DNA from: an uncultured virus (IMG/VR IMGVR_UViG_3300032268_000759)
Lineage: Duplodnaviria > Heunggongvirae > Uroviricota > Caudoviricetes
Reading direction: 5' to 3' (one strand)
Virus record (IMG/VR): IMGVR_UViG_3300032268_000759
Span: 32,001 to 96,000 of that record
Length of the DNA: 64,000 bases
Shown: positions 40,224 through 49,179 of the stretch, in pieces
How the letters are laid out: the number at the start of each line of letters is the position of its first letter
Numbering within the stretch: position 1 is the first letter of the stretch
The notes under the pieces: model-generated
The model's input: the letters and a program-made list of their open reading frames with translations, nothing else
What the model was told of the DNA's origin: nothing
The model's database searches: none
Program-made: the position numbers and the translations under genes

Positions 40224-40772
40224 ATGAAGATTAAAATTGAATATATTATTATAGTCCTACTTGTAGCAGCTTTGCTGCTACAATGGACTTGTTCTGGTTC
40301 TAAAGTAGAAGGTGTTACCACAACAACAACAGAAATTAAGTGGGACACTATTAAAACTGAAGTACCTAAATATGTTCCTCGGTGGAGTACACGCACTGAA
40401 ATAGATATCGACACCTTCACCACACCAATAGATACTCTCGCTATACTTACAGATTATTACGCTATATATGGTTATTCTGATACTGTAGGTACTGATAGTG
40501 TTCAAATAGTAATACATGATACAGTGTCAACAAATAAAATAGTTTCACGTAGTATAAAATACAATATTATGTATCCTACTATTACTATTACAAAAGAAAC
40601 AGTTATAAACAAACCACAGTTCTTTTATGGCATTGGTTTAGGTACTAAATCAATAGGTCCAGAAGTGTTATATAAATCAAAAAAGAACCATGCATATGGA
40701 TTAGGTATAGGTGTAAACAGTGATTTACAACCTAACTTTTCCTTCAGAATGTATTGGTCAATAGGTAAATGA
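40224..40772 (+). CDS. envelope protein, spanin candidate
   Basis: N-terminal TM + Cys, Thr-rich region, C-terminal amphipathic beta strands. Confidence 0.45.
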   Translation: MKIKIEYIIIVLLVAALLLQWTCSGSKVEGVTTTTTEIKWDTIKTEVPKYVPRWSTRTEIDIDTFTTPIDTLAILTDYYAIYGYSDTVGTDSVQIVIHDTVSTNKIVSRSIKYNIMYPTITITKETVINKPQFFYGIGLGTKSIGPEVLYKSKKNHAYGLGIGVNSDLQPNFSFRMYWSIGK

Positions 40773-42346
40773 GTCAAGATATAAAACAAATCATCAGGCA
40801 AGAATACCTGAATTGTGCCAGTGACCCTGCACATTTCATGCGTAAATATTGTAATATACAGCATCCACAACGTGGTCGTGTTATATTTAATTTATACCCA
40901 TTTCAAGGTAAGGTATTAAATCTATGGAAAGAAAATCCATACTCTATTATCTTAAAATCAAGACAGTTAGGTATTTCTACTTTAGCTGCAGGATATTCTT
41001 TATGGTTAATGTTATTCCATAAAGATAAAAACGTATTATGTTTAGCTACAAAACAAGAAACAGCTAAAAATATGGTTACAAAGGTAAAGTTTATGTATGA
41101 AAACTTACCTTCATGGTTAAAAGTAACAGCTGAAGAAAATAATAAATTAACACTTAGATTAACTAATGGCTCCCAAATTAAAGCAGTATCGGCAGCAGGT
41201 GATGCAGGTCGTTCAGAAGCTGTATCATTACTTATTGTTGATGAGGCAGCATTTATTGATAATATAGGTGAGATTTGGGCTTCTGCTCAACAAACCTTAG
41301 CAACTGGTGGTGGTGCAATAGTATTATCTACTCCATATGGTACAGGTAATTGGTTTCATCAAACTTGGGTTAAAGCTGAATCTAATGAAAATCAATTTCT
41401 TCCTATTAAATTACCATGGTATGTACATCCTGAACGTAATGAAGAATGGAGAAAAATGCAAGATGAGTTATTAGGTGATCCTAGATTAGCAGCGCAAGAA
41501 TGTGATTGTGATTTTAGTACATCTGGTGATGTTGTATTTTATCCTGAGTTTATAGAATTTTATGACCAAACATATATCCAAGAACCACTTGAAAGAAGAG
41601 GAGTAGATAAAAATTTATGGGTATGGGAACCGGCTGATTGGGGTCGTTCATATATGGTTGTAGCTGACGTTGCTAGAGGTGACTCAAAAGATTACTCAGC
41701 ATTCCATGTGATTGATATAGAATCTAATACACAAGTAGCAGAATATAAAGGTCAATTAAGTACAACTGAATTTGGACATTTACTAGTAGGTATAGCTACT
41801 GAATATGCTGAGGCATTATTGGTAGTAGAAAATGCAAACATAGGTTGGTCAACATTACAAACAATATTGGAACGAGGATACAGAAATCTATATTTTTCAT
41901 CTAAAAGTGATAAAGCAGATTCTTCTACGTATTTTGATAAGTATGCAGATAATAGTAATATGACAGCTGGATTTACAAATTCATTAAAAACCAGACCAAT
42001 GGTGATTAATAAATTTAGAGAATATGTAAGTGAAAAAAGTATTATTATTAGATCAAGACGTTTACTTGAAGAAATGAAAGTGTTCATTTGGAAAAATGGT
42101 AGAGCAGAAGCTCAATCAGGCTATAATGATGATTTGGTTATGAGTATGGGTATTGGAATGTATGTTCGTGATACTGCATTAAGATTTAATCAAAATAGTG
42201 TAGATTTAACTAAAGCTGTAATAAATAACTTTACAAAATCAACATTCAACGCTGGGGCATATTCAAGTAATACCTCATATTCTCCAACAGCAGATTGGAA
42301 TATGGATGTGAACGGACAAAAAGAAGACATTAAATGGTTACTATAA
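40769..42346 (+). CDS. terL: terminase large subunit (gp17-like)
   Basis: KSRQLGIST Walker A, IVDEAAF Walker B, LSTPYG, ADVARG..DYS, NDDLVM. Confidence 0.95.
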   Translation: MSQDIKQIIRQEYLNCASDPAHFMRKYCNIQHPQRGRVIFNLYPFQGKVLNLWKENPYSIILKSRQLGISTLAAGYSLWLMLFHKDKNVLCLATKQETAKNMVTKVKFMYENLPSWLKVTAEENNKLTLRLTNGSQIKAVSAAGDAGRSEAVSLLIVDEAAFIDNIGEIWASAQQTLATGGGAIVLSTPYGTGNWFHQTWVKAESNENQFLPIKLPWYVHPERNEEWRKMQDELLGDPRLAAQECDCDFSTSGDVVFYPEFIEFYDQTYIQEPLERRGVDKNLWVWEPADWGRSYMVVADVARGDSKDYSAFHVIDIESNTQVAEYKGQLSTTEFGHLLVGIATEYAEALLVVENANIGWSTLQTILERGYRNLYFSSKSDKADSSTYFDKYADNSNMTAGFTNSLKTRPMVINKFREYVSEKSIIIRSRRLLEEMKVFIWKNGRAEAQSGYNDDLVMSMGIGMYVRDTALRFNQNSVDLTKAVINNFTKSTFNAGAYSSNTSYSPTADWNMDVNGQKEDIKWLL

Positions 42347-42359
42347 TATATTTATAAAC

Positions 42360-44240
42360 ATGGCAGATACCAACATATTTAATAGATTAAGACGATTATT
42401 TTCAACAGATGTTATCATTAGAAACACTGGAGGAAACGAATTACGAGTAGTGGATGTGAACGCTATTCAAAAATCAGGTGAAATAGAAACTAACTCATTA
42501 TTAGATAGATTCAATAGGATATATACAACAAGTCCTACCTCACTATATGGTTACCAACAAAACTTTAACTACCAAACACTACGTACTCAGTTATATTCAG
42601 AGTATGATGTTATGGATGGTGATGCTATTATTGCTTCAGCATTAGATATTATAGCAGATGAATCTACACTTAAAAATGAACAAGGTGAAGTACTTCATAT
42701 TAGATCAAGTGATGAAGATGTTCAAAAAATACTATATAATTTATTCTATGATGTATTAAATATAGAATTTAATTTATGGTCATGGATTCGCCAAATGTGT
42801 AAATATGGTGATTTCTTCTTAAAATTAGAAATAGCAGAAAAGTTTGGTGTATATAATGTTATACCATACTCTGCTTATCATATTGAAAGACAAGAACTAT
42901 ATGACCGTGAAAATCCATCATCAGTAAGATTTAGATTTGATCCAGAAGGTTTATCAGCGGGTGATTATGGTTACTATAACATGCCTGGTTCAAACCAAGG
43001 TAATTCTATTTATTTTGATAACTATGAAATAGCACATTTTCGCCTAATATCAGATACCAACTTTTTACCATATGGTAGAAGTTATATTGAGCCAGCTCGT
43101 AAGTTATTTAAACAATATGCATTAATGGAAGACGCGATGTTAATTCATCGTATTGTTCGCGCTCCTGAAAAACGTGTATTTTATATTAATGTAGGTGGAA
43201 TTGCACCAGCAGAAGTTGAAGCGTTCATGCAAAAAACTGTTAATACCATGAAACGTACTCCATATATGGATCCTAAAACTGGTGATTATAACTTAAAATA
43301 TAACATGCAAAACATGTTAGAAGATTTTTATATTCCAGTTCGTGGTAATGATCAAGCAACAAAAATTGATACTACTAAAGGATTAGATTATGATGGTATT
43401 AAAGACGTTGAATATTTACGTGATAAATTATTTGCTGCTTTAAAAGTACCAAAAGCGTTTATGGGTTATGAAAAAGACTTAACTGGTAAAGCAACTTTAG
43501 CAGCAGAGGATATTAGATTTGCTCGTACAATTGAGCGTATTCAACGTATCATATTATCAGAATTATATAAAATAGGATTAGTACATTTATATACTCAAGG
43601 TTATACTGAAGAGTCATTAACTAACTTTGAATTAAACTTAACAACTCCATCAATCATATATGATCAAGAACGTATTGCATTAATGAAAGAAAAAGTTGAA
43701 TTAGCTAATACTATAATGGAAGCACAATTATTACCATCAGATTGGGTTTATGATAATATATTCCACTTTAGTGATGATCAATATTCAGAATATAGAGATT
43801 TAATTCGTGAAGATGCTAAACGTAACTTTAGATTAACACAGATTAAAGAAGAAGGTAATGATCCATTAGAAACAGGTAAATCATATGGTACACCACACGA
43901 TTTAGCTTATTTATATGGTAATACTAAAACTCACGGGACTGTACCTGATGGGTATGATGAAAAAACACCACTAGGTCGTCCTAAAGAAAAAGCAAGTAGT
44001 ATAAACACACAAGACAATCCATTAGGAAGAGATAGATTAGGTGTTAATGATATGAAAGTTGATGACCAACCAACAGCAGGCCGTACAGCATTTAAAGGAG
44101 GATCAGCATTAGCTTTAGAAAATAACAAAACTGAATTTCATAAAAATAAAATTGTGTTAGAAGGTTTAAAAAAGAAATTAGTATTTGAAAATGATAAGGC
44201 AGCAGGTACATATCTAGATGAAAATCTACTTAAAGATTAA
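42360..44240 (+). CDS. portal protein (gp20-like)
   Basis: LMEDAMLIHRIVRAPEKRVFYINVG; EDFYIPVRG; LFAALKVP. Confidence 0.95.
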   Translation: MADTNIFNRLRRLFSTDVIIRNTGGNELRVVDVNAIQKSGEIETNSLLDRFNRIYTTSPTSLYGYQQNFNYQTLRTQLYSEYDVMDGDAIIASALDIIADESTLKNEQGEVLHIRSSDEDVQKILYNLFYDVLNIEFNLWSWIRQMCKYGDFFLKLEIAEKFGVYNVIPYSAYHIERQELYDRENPSSVRFRFDPEGLSAGDYGYYNMPGSNQGNSIYFDNYEIAHFRLISDTNFLPYGRSYIEPARKLFKQYALMEDAMLIHRIVRAPEKRVFYINVGGIAPAEVEAFMQKTVNTMKRTPYMDPKTGDYNLKYNMQNMLEDFYIPVRGNDQATKIDTTKGLDYDGIKDVEYLRDKLFAALKVPKAFMGYEKDLTGKATLAAEDIRFARTIERIQRIILSELYKIGLVHLYTQGYTEESLTNFELNLTTPSIIYDQERIALMKEKVELANTIMEAQLLPSDWVYDNIFHFSDDQYSEYRDLIREDAKRNFRLTQIKEEGNDPLETGKSYGTPHDLAYLYGNTKTHGTVPDGYDEKTPLGRPKEKASSINTQDNPLGRDRLGVNDMKVDDQPTAGRTAFKGGSALALENNKTEFHKNKIVLEGLKKKLVFENDKAAGTYLDENLLKD

Positions 44241-44277
44241 TATTTTTTATATATTTATAACAAAACTTACTTATTAA

Positions 44278-45135
44278 ATGAGTATTATCAAACATAATAA
44301 ATTCAAAAACTCAGGTATATTATTTGAATTGTTAGTTAGACAAATAACTAATGATACATTATCTGGGAAAGAATCTCCGGCTATTGATATTCTTAAAAAT
44401 AGCTTTGTTAAGTCAGAGTTAGGAAAAGAATATAAATTATATGAGACATTATTTAAGCAAACACAAATCAGCGAAACTAAAGCTAATATTATCATTGAAG
44501 AAGTATTAAAAGCATCTAAAAAACTTAATAGATCATCATTAAAAAGAGATAAATATAATCTAATTAATGAGATTAAAAAACATTATGATTTAGAAGAATT
44601 TTTTAAACATAAACTACCTAATTATAAATCTCAAGCTGCTCTATATACATTGATTGAAGTATATAATAATCAAGAAACAGTAAATCCTAATCAAGTTATA
44701 TCTAATAAAATTACATTATTAGAATCATTAACTAAACTCCCAGTTAAAGAAAAAGAGATTAGAGAAGATGTATTAAATGAATTTAAAACTTATGATAAAG
44801 ATTTACGTTTATTAACATACCAGGTATTATTAGAAAAATTTAATAATAAATATGGTTCATTAAATGATAATCAAAAATTAATATTACGTGAATTTATAAA
44901 TGCTGTTGATAATCCATCACGCTTAAAAGATTTCTACAACCAAAAAATAGTTGAAGTTAAAACTCAATTAACTAAGTCAATAGAAAAAATTAATGATAAA
45001 GTAACTCAGATTAAATTAACTGAAGTGTTATCATTAATTAATGAAGTAGATAAAACCTCTAAAGTGTCTAATGATGATGTAATTAATTTATTACAATATT
45101 ATTCATTAGTTGAAGAATTAAAGGCAGTAAAATAA
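44278..45135 (+). CDS. head-module hypothetical protein
   Basis: Helical ORF directly after portal. Confidence 0.6.
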   Translation: MSIIKHNKFKNSGILFELLVRQITNDTLSGKESPAIDILKNSFVKSELGKEYKLYETLFKQTQISETKANIIIEEVLKASKKLNRSSLKRDKYNLINEIKKHYDLEEFFKHKLPNYKSQAALYTLIEVYNNQETVNPNQVISNKITLLESLTKLPVKEKEIREDVLNEFKTYDKDLRLLTYQVLLEKFNNKYGSLNDNQKLILREFINAVDNPSRLKDFYNQKIVEVKTQLTKSIEKINDKVTQIKLTEVLSLINEVDKTSKVSNDDVINLLQYYSLVEELKAVK

Positions 45136-45767
45136 TGGATAGACTAAAAAACGCAGTTAAAAAGGTATTAAAAGAAATGTCTATGACTGGTGGTGGAACA
45201 GCAGGTGCTGCTTTCTCTCCTGGTGTAGGTATGAATTATGCTACTCCTAAAGCATTTAAAAAGAAAAAACTTAAAGAGGTTAGTGGCTATAAAGGAATTG
45301 ATGGCTCATTTGATACAGCTCTTCAATGGATTTGGTTTTTTGGTGGTAAAGAATTACTACAAAATAAATTAGAAATTTATAGTACAAGCCAAAACTACTT
45401 TAGATTTAAAAAAGCTATGGAAAATGGTAAAATTACTATCCAAGACTTAGATAAAGCTACAAAAGGAGAACATGGACAAACCGGTGGTATACCTTTTTCA
45501 CAAACAGCAGTTTGGACACAAGATATAAAACCATACTTAGATAGAGTTAAACAAGATAAAATTAATGATTTAAATATTGATTTAGAAGAAACTAAAACTC
45601 CATACGGTACAGGTAACTTAGGCCCAGGCCCAAAAGCAACAGAACAAGGTGTTAAAGATAATTACTATGTTAAAGCATTTGGTTTTAAACTTGTTGACAG
45701 AAAAAAATTAGCAAAAGCATCTAAAACAATAGATTATAAAGATCTATGGGGTGCTACATATAAATAA
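45135..45767 (+). CDS. putative prohead core/cargo protein
   Basis: Leader ending VLKE; modules bounded by LKE/LEE. Confidence 0.5.
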   Translation: MDRLKNAVKKVLKEMSMTGGGTAGAAFSPGVGMNYATPKAFKKKKLKEVSGYKGIDGSFDTALQWIWFFGGKELLQNKLEIYSTSQNYFRFKKAMENGKITIQDLDKATKGEHGQTGGIPFSQTAVWTQDIKPYLDRVKQDKINDLNIDLEETKTPYGTGNLGPGPKATEQGVKDNYYVKAFGFKLVDRKKLAKASKTIDYKDLWGATYK

Positions 45768-45792
45768 TATTTATTGATATAATATAAAAACA

Positions 45793-47241
45793 ATGACACT
45801 TCAAGAACAATACAATCTAATTAAAGAAGGTAAAGGTGCTAAAGATGTATTTACAAAACATGCTAAAGCTTTATTTCCTCATTTAATTCCAAATCATTTT
45901 GGATTTGATAATACATCTCAAATCTTAACTCAACGTGGAATAATCTCAGAAAATCTTTGGGGTATAGCTACAGGTAATAATCAACAACCAGACTGGTTTA
46001 AAATATTTAATGAAGCTCAAGAAACTAATGTTAAAGCTGATGAAAAGAAACCATCTAAAGAAGTAGATGTATATAAAGATAAGTCATATCATAATCAATA
46101 TGAAGCTGAAACTGGTGATGATGTAATATTTGATCAATATCTAAGAGGTATTCAATTAGAAACAACTAATCCTAAAAATGCAGATAAAACTGTTGATGAA
46201 CTTAAAAAAATGGTATTAAAAAATCTTAAAAAAGATAAATTATACTACACTAAAAATGCTGCCTTTGGAATTGAAGGTATTGGCTACACAGATGAAGCAC
46301 CAGGTTTAGGTAAAACTAAAGAAGTAAAAGGTAAATATGCTTCATCGGGTATGGAACCAGTTAAAATAAAGGAATCATATGATTATGAAACACAAGCTGA
46401 TTTGACAGCAATGGCTAAAGATAGCGATATGTTGAAAGATGATCCTAAAGTAAAAAAAGCTGCGGAATTTATAGGAATGAATGCATCTGATGTTGATATG
46501 ATTGGTATATTAACAAACGCATATGTTAAAAAATATAATATTACTGACTCAGATCTAATATCTCATATAATAGATCAAGCATATAATATTTTTAAATCTA
46601 GATTTTCAAAAACAAATGAAGGTATTGGAATGTTTATGGATCCTATAGGATACGATAAAGGTTCTAAATCTCAAATGGAAAAAGCTCGTGATATATTAAA
46701 AGACGCAGGATTATCTAAGGAAGAAATAGAAACATTTATTAGTAATAATATGTTTAAAAAAGGAAGATTAGATGATTTAGCTCAAGAATTTATCAAAAGT
46801 AATTTAGAAGAATCAGAATTACGTTCAATACTTCGTCAAATTATTAAAGAAGAACTTAACTTAAAAGAAATTGATCAAATTGGTGAAGAAGCTTCAAAAA
46901 TGGCTAAAATTAAAAAAGTTAGTGATGAGATAACTAAACGTAAGAAAAAACTTAAAGCGTTAGAAACCTTAAAAGAACTTGAAGATGACTCAATCAACCC
47001 AGGTAAAATAAAAGAACTATATGGTGACGTTAAGAAACTGGAGAAGATGAAAGAAAAACTTGAGAAAAAAGGTAAGAAAAAAGAAAAAACAGAATTAGTT
47101 GATGAAGTAGTGGTGGTGAGTGATAAAACAACTCCTGAAGAAGTATCTTCAATAGTTAAAACAGGTGATACAACCATGGATGCTATAAAAGCTGCTGTAA
47201 TGCAAGCTAAAAAAACAAAACAACCAGTAACCGTATCATAA
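45793..47241 (+). CDS. putative prohead core/cargo protein
   Basis: Many [LI]xE sites; internal SELRSILRQIIKEE. Confidence 0.5.
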   Translation: MTLQEQYNLIKEGKGAKDVFTKHAKALFPHLIPNHFGFDNTSQILTQRGIISENLWGIATGNNQQPDWFKIFNEAQETNVKADEKKPSKEVDVYKDKSYHNQYEAETGDDVIFDQYLRGIQLETTNPKNADKTVDELKKMVLKNLKKDKLYYTKNAAFGIEGIGYTDEAPGLGKTKEVKGKYASSGMEPVKIKESYDYETQADLTAMAKDSDMLKDDPKVKKAAEFIGMNASDVDMIGILTNAYVKKYNITDSDLISHIIDQAYNIFKSRFSKTNEGIGMFMDPIGYDKGSKSQMEKARDILKDAGLSKEEIETFISNNMFKKGRLDDLAQEFIKSNLEESELRSILRQIIKEELNLKEIDQIGEEASKMAKIKKVSDEITKRKKKLKALETLKELEDDSINPGKIKELYGDVKKLEKMKEKLEKKGKKKEKTELVDEVVVVSDKTTPEEVSSIVKTGDTTMDAIKAAVMQAKKTKQPVTVS

Positions 47242-47242
47242 A

Positions 47243-47857
47243 ATGAAGCAGGTATTAATAGAAACCCAATTATTTCAAATATCTCCTAAACAATTAAGTG
47301 AAGGAGTTAAATCAACATCAGGTAATCCTATTGTTGAAGGAATATTAGCTACAGCTGAAGTAAAAAACGGTAATGGACGCTATTATAAAAGAGAATTATG
47401 GGAACGTGAAATAGACAAATACCTATCTAGTGTTAAAGAAAATAGAGCACTTGGTGAATTAGACCACCCAGAATCATCGATAATCAACCTTAAAAACGTG
47501 TCTCATAATATTAGAGGCTTATGGTGGGATGGTGATAAGGTAATGGGTAAAATCGAAATACTTCCAACTCCTTCAGGTAACATATTAAAAGCATTAATTG
47601 AAAACAACATTACTGTAGGTGTTTCATCACGTGGTATGGGTAGTTTAAAACAATTAGGTGAAACAATGGAAGTACAAGATGACTTTGAATTGTTATGCTG
47701 GGATTTTGTTTCAACTCCATCAAATCCAGGTTCATGGATGAAACCAATTAATGGAATGATGAATGAAGGATTAATATCAACATTAAATCCATATGCTAAA
47801 GTAAATTCTGTTATTACAGAAATATTATGTGCTAATGGATCTTGTCCAATATTTTAA
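47243..47857 (+). CDS. prohead protease (T4 gp21-like)
   Basis: KNGNGRYY, LGELDHP, VSH, GVSSRGMGS, DFVSTPS. Confidence 0.95.
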   Translation: MKQVLIETQLFQISPKQLSEGVKSTSGNPIVEGILATAEVKNGNGRYYKRELWEREIDKYLSSVKENRALGELDHPESSIINLKNVSHNIRGLWWDGDKVMGKIEILPTPSGNILKALIENNITVGVSSRGMGSLKQLGETMEVQDDFELLCWDFVSTPSNPGSWMKPINGMMNEGLISTLNPYAKVNSVITEILCANGSCPIF

Positions 47858-47885
47858 CCACTCTATCAATAGTATTGTTAGACAG

Positions 47886-47918
47886 ATGCCTCCTCTAAAA
47901 AAGGAGGCATTTCTTTTG
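47886..47918 (+). terminator. Rho-independent terminator
   Basis: ATGCCTCCT-loop-AGGAGGCAT followed by TTCTTTT. Confidence 0.8.
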
Positions 47919-48054
47919 TGTTTTTAAGCTCTTCATATATATGTATATGTGAATATGCCGTTCCTATTCCACTTATACGGTATCAATTTCAAATATAATC
48001 CCATTGCGCTACAGTAATTAAGCGTATTTCCAAAAAACAATTTAGGACAAAATT

Positions 48055-49152
48055 ATGACAAACAGAGATTTGTTAAAAGAGGCTATTGCCGATGCTAAAG
48101 CTATCAAGGATACTGCTATAGCAAACGCTAAATCTGCTTTAGAAGAATCTTTTACACCTCATTTGAAGTCTATGTTAGCTGCTAAAATCAATGAAATGGA
48201 CAACTTCTATGAAGAAGATGATACCATGGAAGAAGTAGAAACAGACTTAAATGAAATGAAAGATGAAGATGAAATGGATGAAGTAAAAAAAGAAACTTAT
48301 TCAGAAGCAACCGAAGAAATGGATGAAGAAATCAATTTAGACGAATTGCTAGCTGAGTTAGAATTAGAAGAAACTGTAACTGAAGCTAAAGAAGAAATGG
48401 AAGCTGAAGAAACAGAAGAAGAAGGTGAAGAAGAAGAAGGTGAAGAAGAAATTGATCTTGAAAACATGTCAGAAGAAGATTTGAAAAACTTTATTGAAAA
48501 CGTAATTGAAGATATGATCACAGATGGCGAAATTGAAGCTGGTGATGGTATGGAAGGCGAAGAAGAAGTTGAAGATGAAACTGAAGAAGAAATCAATATT
48601 GATGAAATCTTAGCTGAACTAAAAAGTGAAAAAGTTGAAGAAGAAATGAGTGCTGTAATGGGTGCTTCTGCAACTGCTGGATTAGCTGAACTAGCTAAAA
48701 TGTTTAAAAAAGGGCTTATTTCTCTTAATGACTTTTTAGAAAAAGTAGCAGCTGCATCAGCTCCAGGCTTTTCTAAAGGTATGAATGAAGAAGAAAAAAT
48801 GAAAGACGAGTTAAAAGAAGCATATGCAGTAGTAAAAACTTTACACTCAGAACTTAATGAAATCAATTTATTAAACGCTAAATTACTTTACACTAATAAG
48901 ATTTTCAAATCGAAAAACTTAACTGAAACTCAGAAAGTAAAAGTATTAACAGCATTTGATAAAGCTACTTCTAAAAAAGAAGCACAATTAGTTTATGAAA
49001 CTTTATTAGGAGGATTAAAATCAGAAACTAAATCTCCAATTAAAGAAAATTTAGGTAGAGCATCTAAATCAGCAGGTGTTTCCGTTAAAAATCCTATTGT
49101 AGAATCAAATGAAATGGTCAATAGATTCCAAAAATTAGCTGGTATTATTTAA
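48055..49152 (+). CDS. prohead scaffold/core protein (gp22-like)
   Basis: Very acidic coiled coil between protease and capsid genes; ends RFQKLAGII. Confidence 0.8.
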   Translation: MTNRDLLKEAIADAKAIKDTAIANAKSALEESFTPHLKSMLAAKINEMDNFYEEDDTMEEVETDLNEMKDEDEMDEVKKETYSEATEEMDEEINLDELLAELELEETVTEAKEEMEAEETEEEGEEEEGEEEIDLENMSEEDLKNFIENVIEDMITDGEIEAGDGMEGEEEVEDETEEEINIDEILAELKSEKVEEEMSAVMGASATAGLAELAKMFKKGLISLNDFLEKVAAASAPGFSKGMNEEEKMKDELKEAYAVVKTLHSELNEINLLNAKLLYTNKIFKSKNLTETQKVKVLTAFDKATSKKEAQLVYETLLGGLKSETKSPIKENLGRASKSAGVSVKNPIVESNEMVNRFQKLAGII

Positions 49153-49179
49153 TAACAAAAACAATTAAGATTAAAAAAA

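Noticed and set aside
40769-40810. Terminase N-terminus MSQDIKQIIRQEY resembles class A cargo leaders
   Set aside because: Matches the normal N-terminal helix of gp17-like terminases and has no following cut site; a caution that the class A motif is low-complexity
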